A DNA stretch of 58,969 bases, the filler included, from Sphacelaria rigidula (taxonomy: Eukaryota): NCBI GenBank assembly GCA_964200075.2. It is 5 parts of 5 records of this genome, joined end to end, with 100 filler letters (N's around TTAATTAATTAA, not from the genome) between each part and the next. Parts side by side here need not be neighbours in the genome. Positions count along the whole stretch, not along the records: positions 11,816 to 23,530 come from CAXNAA020004601.1; positions 23,631 to 35,344 come from CAXNAA020004602.1; 3 more parts are not named here. The stretch is one strand, 5' to 3'. Shown here piece after piece: positions 16,103-29,700 of this stretch (within the stretch, counting starts at the first letter, position 1; every line of letters begins with the position of its first letter). The position numbers and the translations under genes were made by a program. A model generated the notes under the pieces. The model was not told the origin of the DNA. It saw nothing but the letters and a program-made list of their open reading frames with translations, and made no database searches.

Positions 16103-19100
16103 CCCCCAAAGTGACTATACTTGAGAGCTATATCCATGGCAGACGAAACGCTATGCCGTCTGATCGGGTCATGCTCTTCGAGTAGGAACCCTCCTGTAAT
16201 CAATGTCCCGAATATCTCGTGGGAAATGTGTTCACGCGAGCACAACATACCAACGACCTGTAGCATGCTTAATTCCACGACGACGGCGTTATTCGACTTT
16301 CTCCACTGAGTTCTTCGATGCCGACCTCGTAGTGCCAGATCTGACCCGCACAGCCCTGTCCTAAAACAACAGCTCGGGCTGTTCGCTCACGGCTACGTGT
16401 GCTATCACTAGTGCGAACGGCAAACGTGTGCAATCAGCCCGGTATTAAACTGTTCTCAGCTTTTTTATTCGATGATGAAAAAGATATTTGGCCACTGCAG
16501 TTTGCAGAGCATAGTGTAACGATACCGCCAACACGCGGTGCCTGCTATAGGTCCACGTGGAAATTTGTGTGTTGTAATAGTAGATATCATGTTAATCGTA
16601 CGTCGATTGAAATTACAGCCTGAAGAACGATACCTACTTTCACTATACGACGGAGATCTGGATAGGCACAGATGTTTATACTCATGGGCGGGTGAAATCA
16701 TGTACAGCCGCGCCGGATTCTCTGTAAATTCAGATCGGCAATCTCGCCACAGTGGCTTCAGACGGAAACTAAATTTGTTCGCGTTTCCTGTGATGCGTGC
16801 TCAATACCTGACCCGCCCAGGAAGTGCATAGAAAACGTTCGGATTAATGCAAAACAGCACTGCAAAAACCTTAAAGCGGATTCCGCCTTCCATCGTTTTG
16901 GTCGTCATCGAAAAGTCTCAAATCGAGATCAACTCGTTTTTGAGTTGCAAAGTAGACGTTGATGGGTACGAAGAAAGTCGTACCTGTGCCTTACCCATCA
17001 CATGCTGTGAACCGAACCCGGGCCATCGCTGTACTCCGCCCAGACGACGCAAGCACCGTAATCTTCAGATCCATATTTTCTATGCTCGTTGATCAGGTGA
17101 AGCACTGCGATGTTCCCATGAGTTGGGTTTGGTTGGAGCTGCTGAATGTTTGGGTTGCTTCACGCAGTGTTCACACATTCACTGGAGTGGCACATGTAAC
17201 CTATGTGGATTTGCCACGTTTCTGGCTGTGCCAGCTTAGAATTGATTCTTCTGCGATATTCTGCCCTACATCATCTACCAGCACAATCGCCATGTACCGT
17301 GCACTTGTCAACAAGAGACGAGCGCCGGCGACAACCAAATGCTTGGGTGGGCGGTAGGTGGGGCACGTCGTTGATGTCTGGTGGTAGCGTGCTGACTGCG
17401 CATCGTAGAGCTTTCCGTGGGCTAAATACTGACTGAGAGCTGACGACGGGCAATCGATATGCTCATCTATTCGTTACGTACTACGCTATACGGTTCCTCA
17501 GATGGAGGTATGCTGTTTGGCTGTGCGTTGCTGACAAATGATGATGCTTCCAAGCAACGAAGTCAAACCTAACCACCCGTAAAGCAAGGCGTTCTTGGAA
17601 AGACATGTTTGCGTCGTACAATTACTCGACCTGCGATGTTCATTCAGGTATACAGTATACATATGATGTCGTACACAACCTGAAGCGAGAAATCTCACCC
17701 TTGCTGTTGTCTGTACCACTTTATCAATGTGTGCAAGTTACACGAAGAACCAGCCATGTAGACCATGTAGCAATGCAAAGCTACAAGTGAGTCTGTTGTA
17801 TCGCAGAACGCTAGTGCAGTACAGTATACGAGTTAGTCCCGAGATACAGTATATCTTCCAGGACATGGCTTATTGCTCACCACACGGACATATCAGGGTC
17901 GCGGTGTATCCCAGTCTACAGGCCATAGTTCCCGCGATGAATCTTCTTCTACGTGAGAGGAAAGTGAGAGTCGTCACAGGCGTATTTTTGTACAATAATA
18001 GTTGTTACAAGAGGTGTGCCTTACTGCTTGCAGCGGACACAATACCGCGCACGCTACTGTACCAGCAGCGAACCTTCAGTCCCCAGTTGGCGAATTGCAC
18101 TGTCTTCTTCCAAACAAGATACATGTTTATCCCCTTCGAAGAATGTGTCGCACCTGCATAGTCAAAGCGCCAACCTGACTCCTGCAGCACCTCGTTCAGG
18201 CCCAGTCTGCTATGGGATGAGTATATGTAGCAATATATCACACAGCGAGCCGAGTGTAACACTCTAGAGTGGACTTCGCCCTATTTCCTCTATCAGTCCA
18301 AGCCGCTTCTGTGAAGATATCCAGAAATCGCGCAATCCTCAGCAGCGGTTGGTTCGGATCTCCCAAGAAATGCCGTTACTTCACAACTCTCCGTGTACCC
18401 AAAGCATTATACACTACAGTATTTCTCCTAGTATTGCTTACGTTCGAAATGATCGGTTCATGGAAGATACACTATTTACGAACTTGTTCGCCATCGCCAG
18501 GCGCTGGCGGTGACCGCGATGTGCGTGCTCCGAAGAAAGATGGATACAAAGTCCTGCTGTGGTCCTGTATGAAGAACGTCTGGCCGGGAGCCACCGCTTC
18601 GAACCAGTTCAACCCTGGTTCTCATTCCGGCCCCTCTTGGTTCAGCGAAAGTGGGGGTGGTATCCAAGAGAGATTTGCGGTCAACTATTTGGAATAGGCT
18701 TCCACTGTTCTCCGCTTTGCTTCCATTTCCCTGTGGCGCTGCCAAACGCGTTGCTTGTAATACGCCTCTTCTTCCCTAGACAGGCTTTCAATTACGGGTA
18801 CTTGTTGAGAGACGGGAGCAGTACTGGCCCTGTATTGCTGGTGTGCTACGCGGGCGTGCTGCTGTGTAATTGAAGTTCGTCAGCGGATTTATCACCCTGT
18901 AGTGTCGTGTTACTCTGTACTACGTATTGTACTGCTGTACTGCACACTTTTGTGACGTGTCTCCGCGGGTTGTACATCAACATCAAGTCAAAGCAAGAGC
19001 TGCCTAGCTGCACATCAAGTCCCGTCCGCTCCGAAACACCTGCTACAAAAATACAGCCATGGCAACAGGTAACAAGCACGCGGGTTGGGATTTTTAGCAT

Positions 19101-20910
19101 CGGCAGATGTGCAGTTTTGCGCAGTAGTGATAACTGGAGGGGCTTTCTTCGCCGAATTTGCTCGGTACGTTTGCGGTATATTACGGATTTGGCTCGGTAT
19201 GCGACCTGCCTCCGAAGGCGGAAATATCCTATATGGCGAAGCATGTTTTTGCCCCCTGCGGTAAAGTGCAGTACAGTAGTACAGTAGTACAGTAGCATAC
19301 GTCTGATGATATTTATTTGTCGTTCGTCAAGTACTGTACGTACGCTGTGAGCGCGCAGACAGCCTTCGTAGCGGCTGCAGAGCAGTGTTTGTTGTCGAGG
19401 TATGAGTCATGGTTTGACCGTGGCTAATGTATGCACTCAAGGGCGTCTCAAAGACAGTATGATGTGCGCATGTAGGGCAAACGATGAAACGTGCTGTCGT
19501 ACATTCTGTGTTTGTTGTGTTGTATTGTGGACGAGTACTTTTTACCGTACCACCACCTGACTGTTCCTATTACTTGTATTTTGTGTCTACAAAACGATCG
19601 TGTGGGAATTCTTCTGTTTCCCCATTTGAGCTCTGACAACAGCGCACATTTTGCCTTGATAGAGAGCACACCCTCTGCACCCGCCTGGCCCGAGGTTTTT
19701 CGGTGTGCATTGGTTTCGATTGGGGCTATAGTTAGGAGCACTGTTAAAAAAAACTATTACTCGTATTCTAGGTCTCAACCATGGACTTTGGCGTCAGGTT
19801 GGAGTAAACGTACCTCGCCTGTACCCAGCACCACGGATGCACTTACTGCAGCACAGATTGGTAACATGGTACTCTACAGGCACCGTACCGCACGAGCGTC
19901 GTGTATGTCTTGGACCTCGTAACGCACGGCGTTGCAGGTGCCTGAGATCTACCTTCATTTGGTTCTGAATCCTCGAGCTATGTAACATCAAATGTGCAGT
20001 ATTACGACGCAATCGGAGTACAATGCAGGCGATGCAGATCGCAGGTCCAAGAGAAGACTATTATAGCAGGATACTGTTGTTGTAAGCATTGTGAACCCCA
20101 GTTGACTTTCACCTGAAGACACGTGTCACGTTTCGGTGCCTTTGTAGTTCTTTGGATTCATCCGCCGTCTGGTATACAGTGTGAGTATCCACTGAATCAA
20201 CCAGTGTTCCTCGGGCGGTTATTTTGTCATGCCTTCTTTAGCCAGTTTGCTGGAGAGTCGGCTGCATGGTACCGCCTTTTCACTTGTTGGCGAGGCACGA
20301 TACATGAATACGGTGTGCGTGCGGAGATCTACACGACCTCCCCAACGAGTCGTTATTAGCAAAGGTTCGTCGTCAGAGACATCTCAACTTGAGGTTCCCG
20401 GTATGTTCAACAGCACAGTATCCGTGAACATAAAAACGGGAACCTCAAGTTCGATGTACCTCGTACTCGTACCTCCATGAAGAAAGGTGTATATATAGCA
20501 ACAAGTGTCAGCTTGATATCGCGAAGATGGCGTAAGATACGGGGCCCAACTGAAGACTTCGCAGCAATATAGAAGGCTCATGCGACAACGGTACAGTCAG
20601 GTGACCGATTGACCCCGCGTGAACGCCAGGGTTGGCCATATGTTGAATTGGCATCATTCTCACGAGGAAACTGTATGTGAAGCCCAAATGACCTACTACG
20701 CAGAAGTCAACGGGTCAGGAAAAATCGAGAATTATCATTTTCATCACGTTGGGCCTGTGCCTGCGGTTGCTTCCGCCCAAATTAGGTTCCTGTGTGCTGC
20801 TGCTCCTACCGTAGCGGGCCGCTTCTGGACGAACTGCCGATTACTGCGATAACGGCTACTAACGTACCGCACAGTATTGCTACCGTAGACAGAGTCGGCA
20901 ACCCGTTCAT
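16103..20910 (-). pseudogene. Candidate decayed multi-exon gene: N-terminal signal anchor plus TTL/ATP-grasp-like fragments
   Basis: First exon 20810-20910 MNGLPTLSTVAILCGTLVAVIAVIGSSSRSGPLR followed by a GTAGGA donor. Exon-like blocks with AG acceptors at 18685-18800, ~18005-18206 (LNEVLQESGWRF..YLVWKK..LK...SVRGIVSAASSKAHL), ~17005-17100 (LHLINEHRK, frameshift, MDLKITVLASS...ARVRF) and 16103-16360 (SHEIFGTLITGGFLLEEHDP). The order resembles TTL-family motifs, but stops and a frameshift prevent a clean model. Confidence 0.3.
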
Positions 20911-22015
20911 GCCATCAGCCCTTACTCTCCTCTCTGTATATCCAGGCGACTACAACATTCCGGAAATCCGCTCTTGATGCCTTTTGCGTGAGTGACGAGT
21001 TTTCCGATGTTTCACGCGAGAACCCAATACAGCACCCGGTACTCTCCAATTGTTATAAAACGTATATGTCCTACCGAATACAAGTTACGTTGAGGGGAGA
21101 AAAAATTGTTCCTGAACCTGACTGGCGTTGAACGTTATCAATTGAGAAGCGGTCAGAAAAATATGCATCAGTGCTGACGGAATGAAAAGTTCGATACGAT
21201 TTTTTCAAAATATCGACGAAAAAACGTCGATATCGATATTACTTTTTATCGATACGCGGAAAATGGCCAAACAACCGGTGTTCTGTTTTTCTGGGCCTTT
21301 TTTTCTGTCTGTGAAGGGTCGTTTTCGCAAGAAGAAGGGGGGACCGATGATGTGAGTGCACTACCCCTTCCCCTTTCAAGCAGGCGGGGCCCTGGAGAGA
21401 GTCAGTTTGCGTATCGAAAAGTATCGGCTTTCCGACTCGCGATTTGGATACTGAGAAATGCCGAAAATCTCGATCGATACACGATGTTCAACACGGATAC
21501 CTATCTCGTTGCCCTTGGACATTTTTAGGGTACATTTGCAATGAATGGTTGGTGGGGAGGGGGGGGGGGGGGAACGCAGCGCAAAAAAAATGAATTTGAG
21601 CCAAATTTAGTCGTTTTTGCCGCGAGAACACGAAAAAAATGCTTCATTTTTTACGTAAAACACGATTGAATGCAAGACGAACGGACCAAACCCTTGAGAC
21701 GGCGTCAGTAGTCAGTAGGTCATCTGTTGAATCGGCATCAAATTCATTTGAGGAAAGTATGCATGATCCAGATGGATTACCTTCACGGTGCAAGTAAGGG
21801 CCAAATGAAAGTAAGCCCCTCTATTGTCGAAACCAAAAACGAGAGGGCCAACGACCGGATGGGTAGGGTGACATGCGCACAGAGTCGAGCTGGGGGGATA
21901 TTGAAGGAGGTCTGCTCGGTGCGGAAGACCCGAGTGTGGCGAGAGATTATTTCCAGGGATATACACGTGACACACTTCACACATTTGAAGAAAACGGGGA
22001 AAACGTAACTTTGGG

Positions 22016-22295
22016 CGCCACGTTACGTTTGGTTTTTTTAACGGGACAAATGTAACGTAACGTGATGTAACGTGTGGACCTTGAAGCAGTGTCTCTCGGG
22101 ATTTTCCAGTTGTAAAAAAAGGCTGTTTTCGTGGACTTTTGACGTGACACGTGACACGTGACATTCACAAAAACAAGCAGAGTTTTCGTCACATTTAGAA
22201 AGTAAAACGCTATGTCAGGGTTCATTCGAAGGACCACACGTTACATCACGTCACGTTACATTTGTCCCATCCAAAAAATCAAACCTCACGTGGCG
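22016..22295. repeat. Inverted repeat with ~70-bp arms rich in GTAAC/GTGAC units (MITE or foldback)
   Basis: gggacaaatgtaacgtaacgtgatgtaacgtgtgg pairs with ccacacgttacatcacgtcacgttacatttgtccc. Confidence 0.75.
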
Positions 22296-22489
22296 TTAAG
22301 TGACCTGAAGTTACGTTCTTTCGAATGTGTCACGTTAAAACGTCACGTTGCAATTCAATTCTGGGGGTGGGTTCGGAATGGTGGCGAGGTTGGGTGCACT
22401 CGAAAGCGCCTTACGTCGAAAACTTGAAATAGCGACGTGAACGGTAAAGGTTCCTGCCTGTCTCCTGGAGATCGATTGATTCATTGGTT

Positions 22490-22680
22490 GATTGTTTGAT
22501 TGATTGTCGCACTTTAACTGACCCCCCAGAGGTCCAGCCGTGGCCACATGATAGACGTACGATTACCCCAGACAAGAAAAAAAAAACTGAAACATCCGCT
22601 GAAGAAAAAGAAGGAACAGCAAAAAGTCGAACAGAACGACACAATAGTAGACTATAGACGACGTGAAAAAAAAAATGAAA
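22490..22680 (+). repeat. Dispersed repeat (copy at ~56340-56503 in the opposite orientation)
   Basis: gtttgattgattgtcgcactttaactgacccccc agaggtccagccgtg...actgaaaca..cgctg..gaaa matches the reverse complement of 56340-56503. Confidence 0.75.
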
Positions 22681-23419
22681 AGAAGACGGAAGGAAAGAAA
22701 AAAAACGCGTGAAAGGGAACAAGCAGCCAAAGCGGGATGTTAATTGATTGCTCGGTGGGTCTATGGTCGCGATGGTTGATCGACAAGCTGCGCTTGAATG
22801 CATGCTCTCTTTTACACTTTTTTTTGTGTCGGGAAGACACCGCCTAACCCACCCGCTTCCTCGAGACGAGGGCGGAAGCCTGGAAAGATCAATCTGTCTG
22901 CGTCTCGCACAGTACCTGCCGTACAGCATTCAACTGCCGAGAATAGCAGCAGTACTTCCGCCGCCCGTCGTCTTTTATCGTATTCTTGTTTAAGTAGTGA
23001 TGATAAAAATTAACTCGATTACCGTTTGATTGATTGTCACACATTAACTCTTTTGGAATTGGCGAAACACGACAACAGTACGAACTTCGAGTTCGGTGCA
23101 TGAATATATCACATTACTGCAGTATACTTGAATTTAGAATAATGCACCGTTCTGGTGGGCCGCATCAACAGTTTTACGAAAGCAGCCATATCTCGCCCAC
23201 GAAAACGCCACTTGTTGATCGTCACTAGACTACGAGCTGGGCCAGCTTAAAAGCGGCTAAAACTTGCTCACACCACAGCTTCCCCAGTTTCCCGAATGAA
23301 CCCGATGTAAGCATATCACTGCGAAGTGCCGACCAACCTGGTTACACAAGGCACCGCCGCTGGATGGGGAAAAAAATGAAAAAATTGATACTACATAATG
23401 TATGACCTCGACGACGGAC

Positions 23420-23500
23420 GGGAAAAAAAAAAAATGAATATGTCGGGATTCGAACGTATGACCTCTATAAACAGCCAATCATCTATATTGAGGATGGTGC
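23420..23500 (-). mobile_element. Possible tRNA-derived SINE head
   Basis: Minus strand reads gaggtcatacGTTCGAATCCCgacatattca followed by a T-run. Confidence 0.3.
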
Positions 23501-23530
23501 TATTGATTGAGGATGAGAACCCGGAGGATT

Positions 23531-23630
23531 NNNNNNNNNNNNNNNNNNNNNNNNNNNNNNNNNNNNNNNNNNNNTTAATTAATTAANNNNNNNNNNNNNN
23601 NNNNNNNNNNNNNNNNNNNNNNNNNNNNNN
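23531..23630. other. Artificial contig linker
   Basis: N44-TTAATTAATTAA-N44. Confidence 0.97.
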
Positions 23631-23820
23631 CCGTCTCGAGAGGGATACGTGGTCAATGGTCAAACGACTCAGGCAAGCAACAAATGAGTACGCCCCGTAA
23701 TGAGCGCCAGAATGTTGGAGGTGTCTCTATAAGGAGTAGGAACGGTGCTCCGTCTCGAAAGGGCTGCGTGGTCAATGGTCAAATGACTAAGGCAAGCAAC
23801 AAATGAGTACGCCCCCTCCT
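23631..23820 (+). repeat. Two tandem LINE 3' tails at contig start
   Basis: Two copies of ccgtctcga..ggg...cgtggtcaatggtcaaa.gact.aggcaagcaacaaatgagtacgcccc. Confidence 0.85.
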
Positions 23821-26751
23821 CGACTGGCTCGGCGGAGTATTCCCCGAGAAAGACCAGTCGATAAATGGATGAGAGGATTTGCGTATATTAAGGTCTCGAC
23901 TCTCGATCAAATGCTAGATATAATTAATCTGGCGAAAAGACGGTTGACTGGCAGCGTTGGTACTCTGACTCTCACTTCTCACTACAGCAGGAATGTGATA
24001 CTATATCAGCCTGCACACCTTGCGGTTGCTCTACTCGTACCGTAAAACTTCCTTCCTGCATAGCAATATGCGCACACTGTAGGGTGTTGTGTGGTGTGTG
24101 GTGTATGGTGTGGGGCAAAGTGTTGCGGGTTATGATTTGTAAGTGGTGTGGGGGGTGGGGGTAAATCTTAGAGCAGAGGGGACCTTGCGGTAGCTGAAAT
24201 GATCGCCTCTCGTACGCTCTTCGAAAAGGAGGGAGAATGTTGAACATAATCGATTCTCGACCCTCGGTACTCGATACGGATTCAAATCGGAAAACATCGG
24301 CTTTCTAGCCGGCGGTCCCGATTCGCAGAATCGCCGATTTCAAACGCGATAGTCTCAGCAATTCGATGCGGATCTCCAACTCTGCGTTGCAGTCGTCCCG
24401 GCTTCAAGCCTTTCCAGCCCCCGACGGCTAACTGCCTTTTTTCTTTCTCTTCAGTCGGGGGTTCGGAATAACTGTTTTTATGGACAGACAACGCCTGCAT
24501 GGGAAAACCGTAGCCACGCATAAGTCGTGTGTTGCGGTGCAGTTACTCATGCATGAGCTGGGGTCAGCGGCTTCGCCATCTCACAATCGTTTACACTGAA
24601 CAGCTGAAGGGCGTGGCATGTTTGGTGGGGGAGTGTAGGTGCTGCAGGCGGCGCGTACAGGTGTTGTTGGGTGGTGCTTCGACTTTTGGTCGGCCGGAGG
24701 TTCGCGTCGGCTTCTTCCCCACCCCCAATAGCTATTTGACCAGGACAGACACCCGTTGACACACACGAGCAACACGCATGGAACCGCCGCGATGTTCATA
24801 TTCTTCTGACCAACCTCTGCTTCCATCAGTGGCTGTTTGCCGCCGAACCTTCTGCGGAAGAGTCGTTACTAGAACCTCAGCCGCCCTCTGAATTACGTTG
24901 GACTGCAATACCATTGATCAAAACTGTTGCCGTAAAGTGAAATGTCGAGCGCCCCGCCGGCAAACGAGCGGCCATCTACGCCTACGCTGTTGGCATCAGA
25001 TCACCCAGCTGGCGGCGGGCGCTAAAATATTTGAATACCCTTTTGTCAGCCTTAGTGGATGCCTGATGTACAACAATTCGGGTTTGCTCCGAGATGTCGT
25101 CCGCGCTGACGACCTCGCGAGGTTTTGGAGGATGGTATTCGTAGGCGTAGGTGGACTCTGGAAGGGCATGGCACTTGGCACGAATGATGCAAACGGGGGG
25201 AAAGTAACCGACATACGTGCAGCAGCGTTTCACCACGGTTGAGCGAGGCGAGTGCACCTTTTTCGCCGAGGGTATCGTTCAGCTGTGAGTTCTGTCTGGC
25301 CTAGTCGTGTTGGGGCGACGGCCGCCCACCCCATGGGTTGGTGAGGGGGACAAGCTCGCTGCTGCGGCTCCGTTCGCTTTGCCCTTGTGTGCGTCAACTT
25401 GCGTACTTCCTGCTTTGTTGGGTGGCCGAGATGGGTAAGAAATTTCCGCAAACGTCAGGCACAAAACCAAAGCATCACCCAACCATACCCGCGCGAGCCG
25501 TTCCAACAGCACATCAATCCTCGAGCGAAATGAAGATGCCACGGCGTAAACACGTCCTGGTGTTGACCACGTACATGTACCACATTATACCGCGTGATGT
25601 CTTTACTTTTGTATTGATGCGGCAAAAGCGCTGCTGGTCGTGTACGAATGGCTTTGAATACGCCGCACTTATATATTCATCTATACATGTGTGGCAAGGG
25701 CCTTTACCATCAAGCGTTGTCTGTCCAACCAAGAGCACCTATTCCAAAGCAACGCAGGAAATGGCGGTATTTTCGCGTCCACCTAAGGGCCCGGGCGTTC
25801 GGGGGATTAACCTCTCCTGTGTCGATCACCACGGAAGAGTCCTCGGTAGACCGGTGGAAACGTATCGGAAACAGTTGCTTTACACGAACCATCACGCCAG
25901 TAAGGAATCGGAGGACCACGGGATACACCGCATGTCGTCGCCGCCAGTGGTGCTCGAAAACAGAAAGGAGCTGCTCAGCTGTAGCGTCGGGGATACCGGC
26001 ACTAAGGATCGGCCAGTGACTTTATTCCGACAAGGGTTGTAGCGCCCGATGCGTTAATTGATCCATTCACAGATCAGGGTGGGTATGTGGCTCTTGATTT
26101 CATTTTCGAAGTGAAAGTGATGCTGACTCACGGTTGGCTCTCCCTTGCGGCCCGCCAAGGGGTGAGTGAAGGAAACCCTGAAAAAAAAAATTCGGTTGTG
26201 TTGGAAACATTCTTCTGATGAGGAACACACAATGCCTCTCTGGGGGGGGGCGTCGACTTTAACTCCAAAAACCAACCCAGACCCAACACCAAAATCTAGC
26301 TTGTGGCTACAGTACAGTTGCAACTCACCCCTTACGTAAGGTTACGTAACACTGCACTGCACCGACGCAGCCTTGCAGTCTCTGGTAGTCTACGCTGTGC
26401 GGTTTCGTCTCATTCCCATTCTTTCCAAGCAGCACACGTGGACTACAATATAGTCACGTGAAGTGAAGCAGCGGAGCTGTCATCCGAGTGCCAAACGCAG
26501 ATGCACACTCGACGGATACGGCATGCGCCGTTTGAAGAAACTCCAAATTGGTTACATGTTCTTTGGTGTAAAACGCCGGGCTCTGATATTCGAGATGCTC
26601 TAGTACTGTGAAGAGCATGGAGATAGAATGTACTGTACTCGTGCCTTGACGACGGCCGTCTGCTCCGCTTGCCGATGTTCGTTCCTTAGTTCCACAAGTC
26701 CGGCGATTATTCGATGCGGAACTGACTCGAGCGTGTCGTCAATTGGTGCAG

Positions 26752-29700
26752 GCAGCCCCTCAAGCTAGAACACTAGTGGCGGAGTCGAAAGGATCAGGTG
26801 CAGGTACAGCTACATCCGCGGCTGCTGGGCAAAGCCGCTCTGGACCCTGCGTTCCCAAGACGTTTCGCCTGGTGAGCTATCTCAGCTTTGAAAACCAAAG
26901 ACACGAGAGTCTTGGTGCTGTCTCTATAGGTCTAGCGCGCGCGTCCGGGAGTAAAGGTACAATACCCTAGTCCCGAGTATCAAGTCTATTACAGTCTCAG
27001 TATGGTACACTGCCGTACACCTCTCGTACAATTGGAGCTGAACTGATTGATCTCGCTCACGAATATGGTTTTCGGCGTGAGTGCTTCTCCCCTGCAACTC
27101 TCCAACAATCGCTCTGTTGAATTCGCCAGCTCCCTCACCCTTCTGCTTCTGGTAACACACAGCCTTGTCTTCTCTGCAGGTGTCGTGGAATATTGACTGC
27201 CTCAATCCAGCCAACCGGTTCGCTCGGATAGAAGAAGTATGTGCGATACTCCTTGAAGCGGACGAAAATTTGCTGCCAGATATGATACTGCTTCAGGTGT
27301 GGATCAATAATGTTTTGTCGCTACACTCTACAGCAAAACTTCTGCGGACGTTCCGCGAAGCTGTGAATTGCCTGCGGTCGTCCTGAGATGTTTTTCCTAC
27401 AGTCCCAATATCCATGGTGAAACGCTTACTCACCTATTTGATGTTCAACGCCTTGTCCGCATACCGCTCGTTCCATCAAGGTAGCACCGCTGGCGTTTCA
27501 CGCTGGTGTGTACCCACACTGACAATACTCAGGGCGACCGTTCCGTCGGAACGTCTGTCTATGCGCAACACCGATTTTGTTCAACTGAGTCCCCGGGTAC
27601 CCATACGTTGCTCGAGTCGAACAACCGTTGCCCAATGCCGACCAGTTTAATCGATTGCGGGTGGTGCGCTGAAATATCCTCCCGTGCGCTGCTCATGTCT
27701 GTCCCGGAATATTCCCCAGGAAGTGGACAATAGCTTTCTGTCTATGCTCAACGTCCGTCTGGGCGCTGGCGGAAGGTACCGGTTCTACCCCCAGCAAGTG
27801 CCATCGGAGTCGACGTACTTCACGATTGTGTTCGTTCGTGTTTCTACGGTTACGGTACACGACAGCAGCAGAATTGTGAGGCGAAGCGGGAACGAAGCAC
27901 ATCGGGCTTACTTTATTTTCCGTGGATTTGATGATATTTAGCCACGCGGCAAGAATCGCGAGCATGTGCTAAGATACGAAACACCCTAGAGCTGAGCCGT
28001 TGCATGAAAAGATCATGAATCTACCCTCGACGCGGTGTGTCAGCACTAACGCATATAGACGTCGCCCCTTCGGCGGCAGGGTAAAAACGTCAACCGGGTT
28101 GCTGGCTGCCCAATATCTGCATGGTACAAGAGCCGCGGAAAACGTACTGTGGCCCCACGGCTCGTCGCATTTCCTCCCCATTGCTCGTAAATTTAGGCTC
28201 AACTCCCACAGATAGTGGTAATCCGAAATGAATGAAAAGATTTTCGCGCGGAGTGCGATTATGGCCGAGCGTTTAAAAATCGGCACTCGGCAAAAATTGA
28301 GGACCCGTCCAAAATCAGGGGAAGAAATATCAGAAAGGACGTGTCCTGTCTGGATGTGCTGCAGCACAAACACACTCACACCTTCTCTCATGTGTTGTAG
28401 CTATCACTGCGCTGTGGTGTGTTTAGACCTTTGCGAAGACGGTGTGGTCTCCGCTGGGACTACCTGAGTTGCTTTATTGTCCTTGCGTTCTTCTCTACAG
28501 AAAGTATATTTGTCGGCACGCAGTGCTGTCTACACTCTGTTGAGAACTTCATGGTGTGTTGGCTGTTTCGTCCCCCGTCAAACGCACAAGGCGCTCCCCA
28601 CACCCATCATATCTATGCTGTAGTTGTCGCTGTGCTGTCGTGCACTTGAACACTTTACGACGAATATGGTGTGATGTGCGTTGGAGAGTGCCTGGACAGT
28701 TGTACTGCTGCATGCCGTGTCTCGGGCTGCACAGAATTGGGGTGGGATCAAGGTGCTGCCGAAACAAAGAGAGGTTGAAACAATCGTCACGTGACGGCTG
28801 TACAGCTGTCTGTTCCGTCTTCTTCCGTACTTCAGTTGTAGTCGGGTGCCGTGATCGGGGAAGACACGCAAGGCGGGTGCGTGCAGGTTGGGGCAAACAT
28901 ACTGAGTCAGCACGGAGCTGCTGTATCCTCAGCGATTGATGGTCGCAGATGTCTGTCTCGCAGCGGCGCCATGTTTGGGGCGATGAAAGGTATTTTGCCA
29001 CTCATGTGCTACTCATTTCTTTCGCCTAATCGGTGAAAGGTCGCCGCATTTTCGTGTTTCGAAAGCCTCTGATTAATCGAAAACCTTGCTACTCATATAT
29101 TTTTCCCCTATCTGCGGGCCCTGTGCCTAAAGTTATGTTCTTCCGTTTCCTTGCTTGCCTGGTTACAATCGCGACGGATCACACGTGCTTCGTGGGGAAA
29201 CACATCTTCAGGAATTCCCCAATTCGCTCATGGGAAGGGACTTGACGAGCGTGCGGTGTACGTTCAACAGGACCCCCCTGCTTGTGATGACTTCGCACTT
29301 GGAAAGCGAAAAGGACAGTAGCGAAGAGCGCAAGGATCAATTTTCCCAGGTGCTCCCTCTCGTGTTCCCAGGATGCCGCCGATAGTTCATGCCAAGGAGT
29401 CGCCATTGTCCACGCTGCACGGCTTTTCTTGAACGGACGCTGTACATTCCCTGTTGTTGAAGGTGTTGACAGTGGCCAGTCGAATCCTCCTCGAGTTTTG
29501 CCACGTTTTGGTACATACATGGGGCGTTTTTGATGCCCGAAAATATCCGAATTATCGTGTGGTTTTAACCAGGGCATGCTGGTTGTCACCAGCGATGACA
29601 TGATCGTGGAGGGGGGATGGGGTGTGGAACGTTGTTTTCGTAGAATCGATTGCCATTGGCCGTCCAGTCTGTCCGCTTCGGCCTGATCGGGCCAAGGAAA

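Noticed and set aside
25338..26042. 234-aa plus-strand ORF as the TDP2 N-terminus
   Set aside because: No domain is recognisable and I found no convincing phase-0 donor linking it to exon 26752. Left unresolved.
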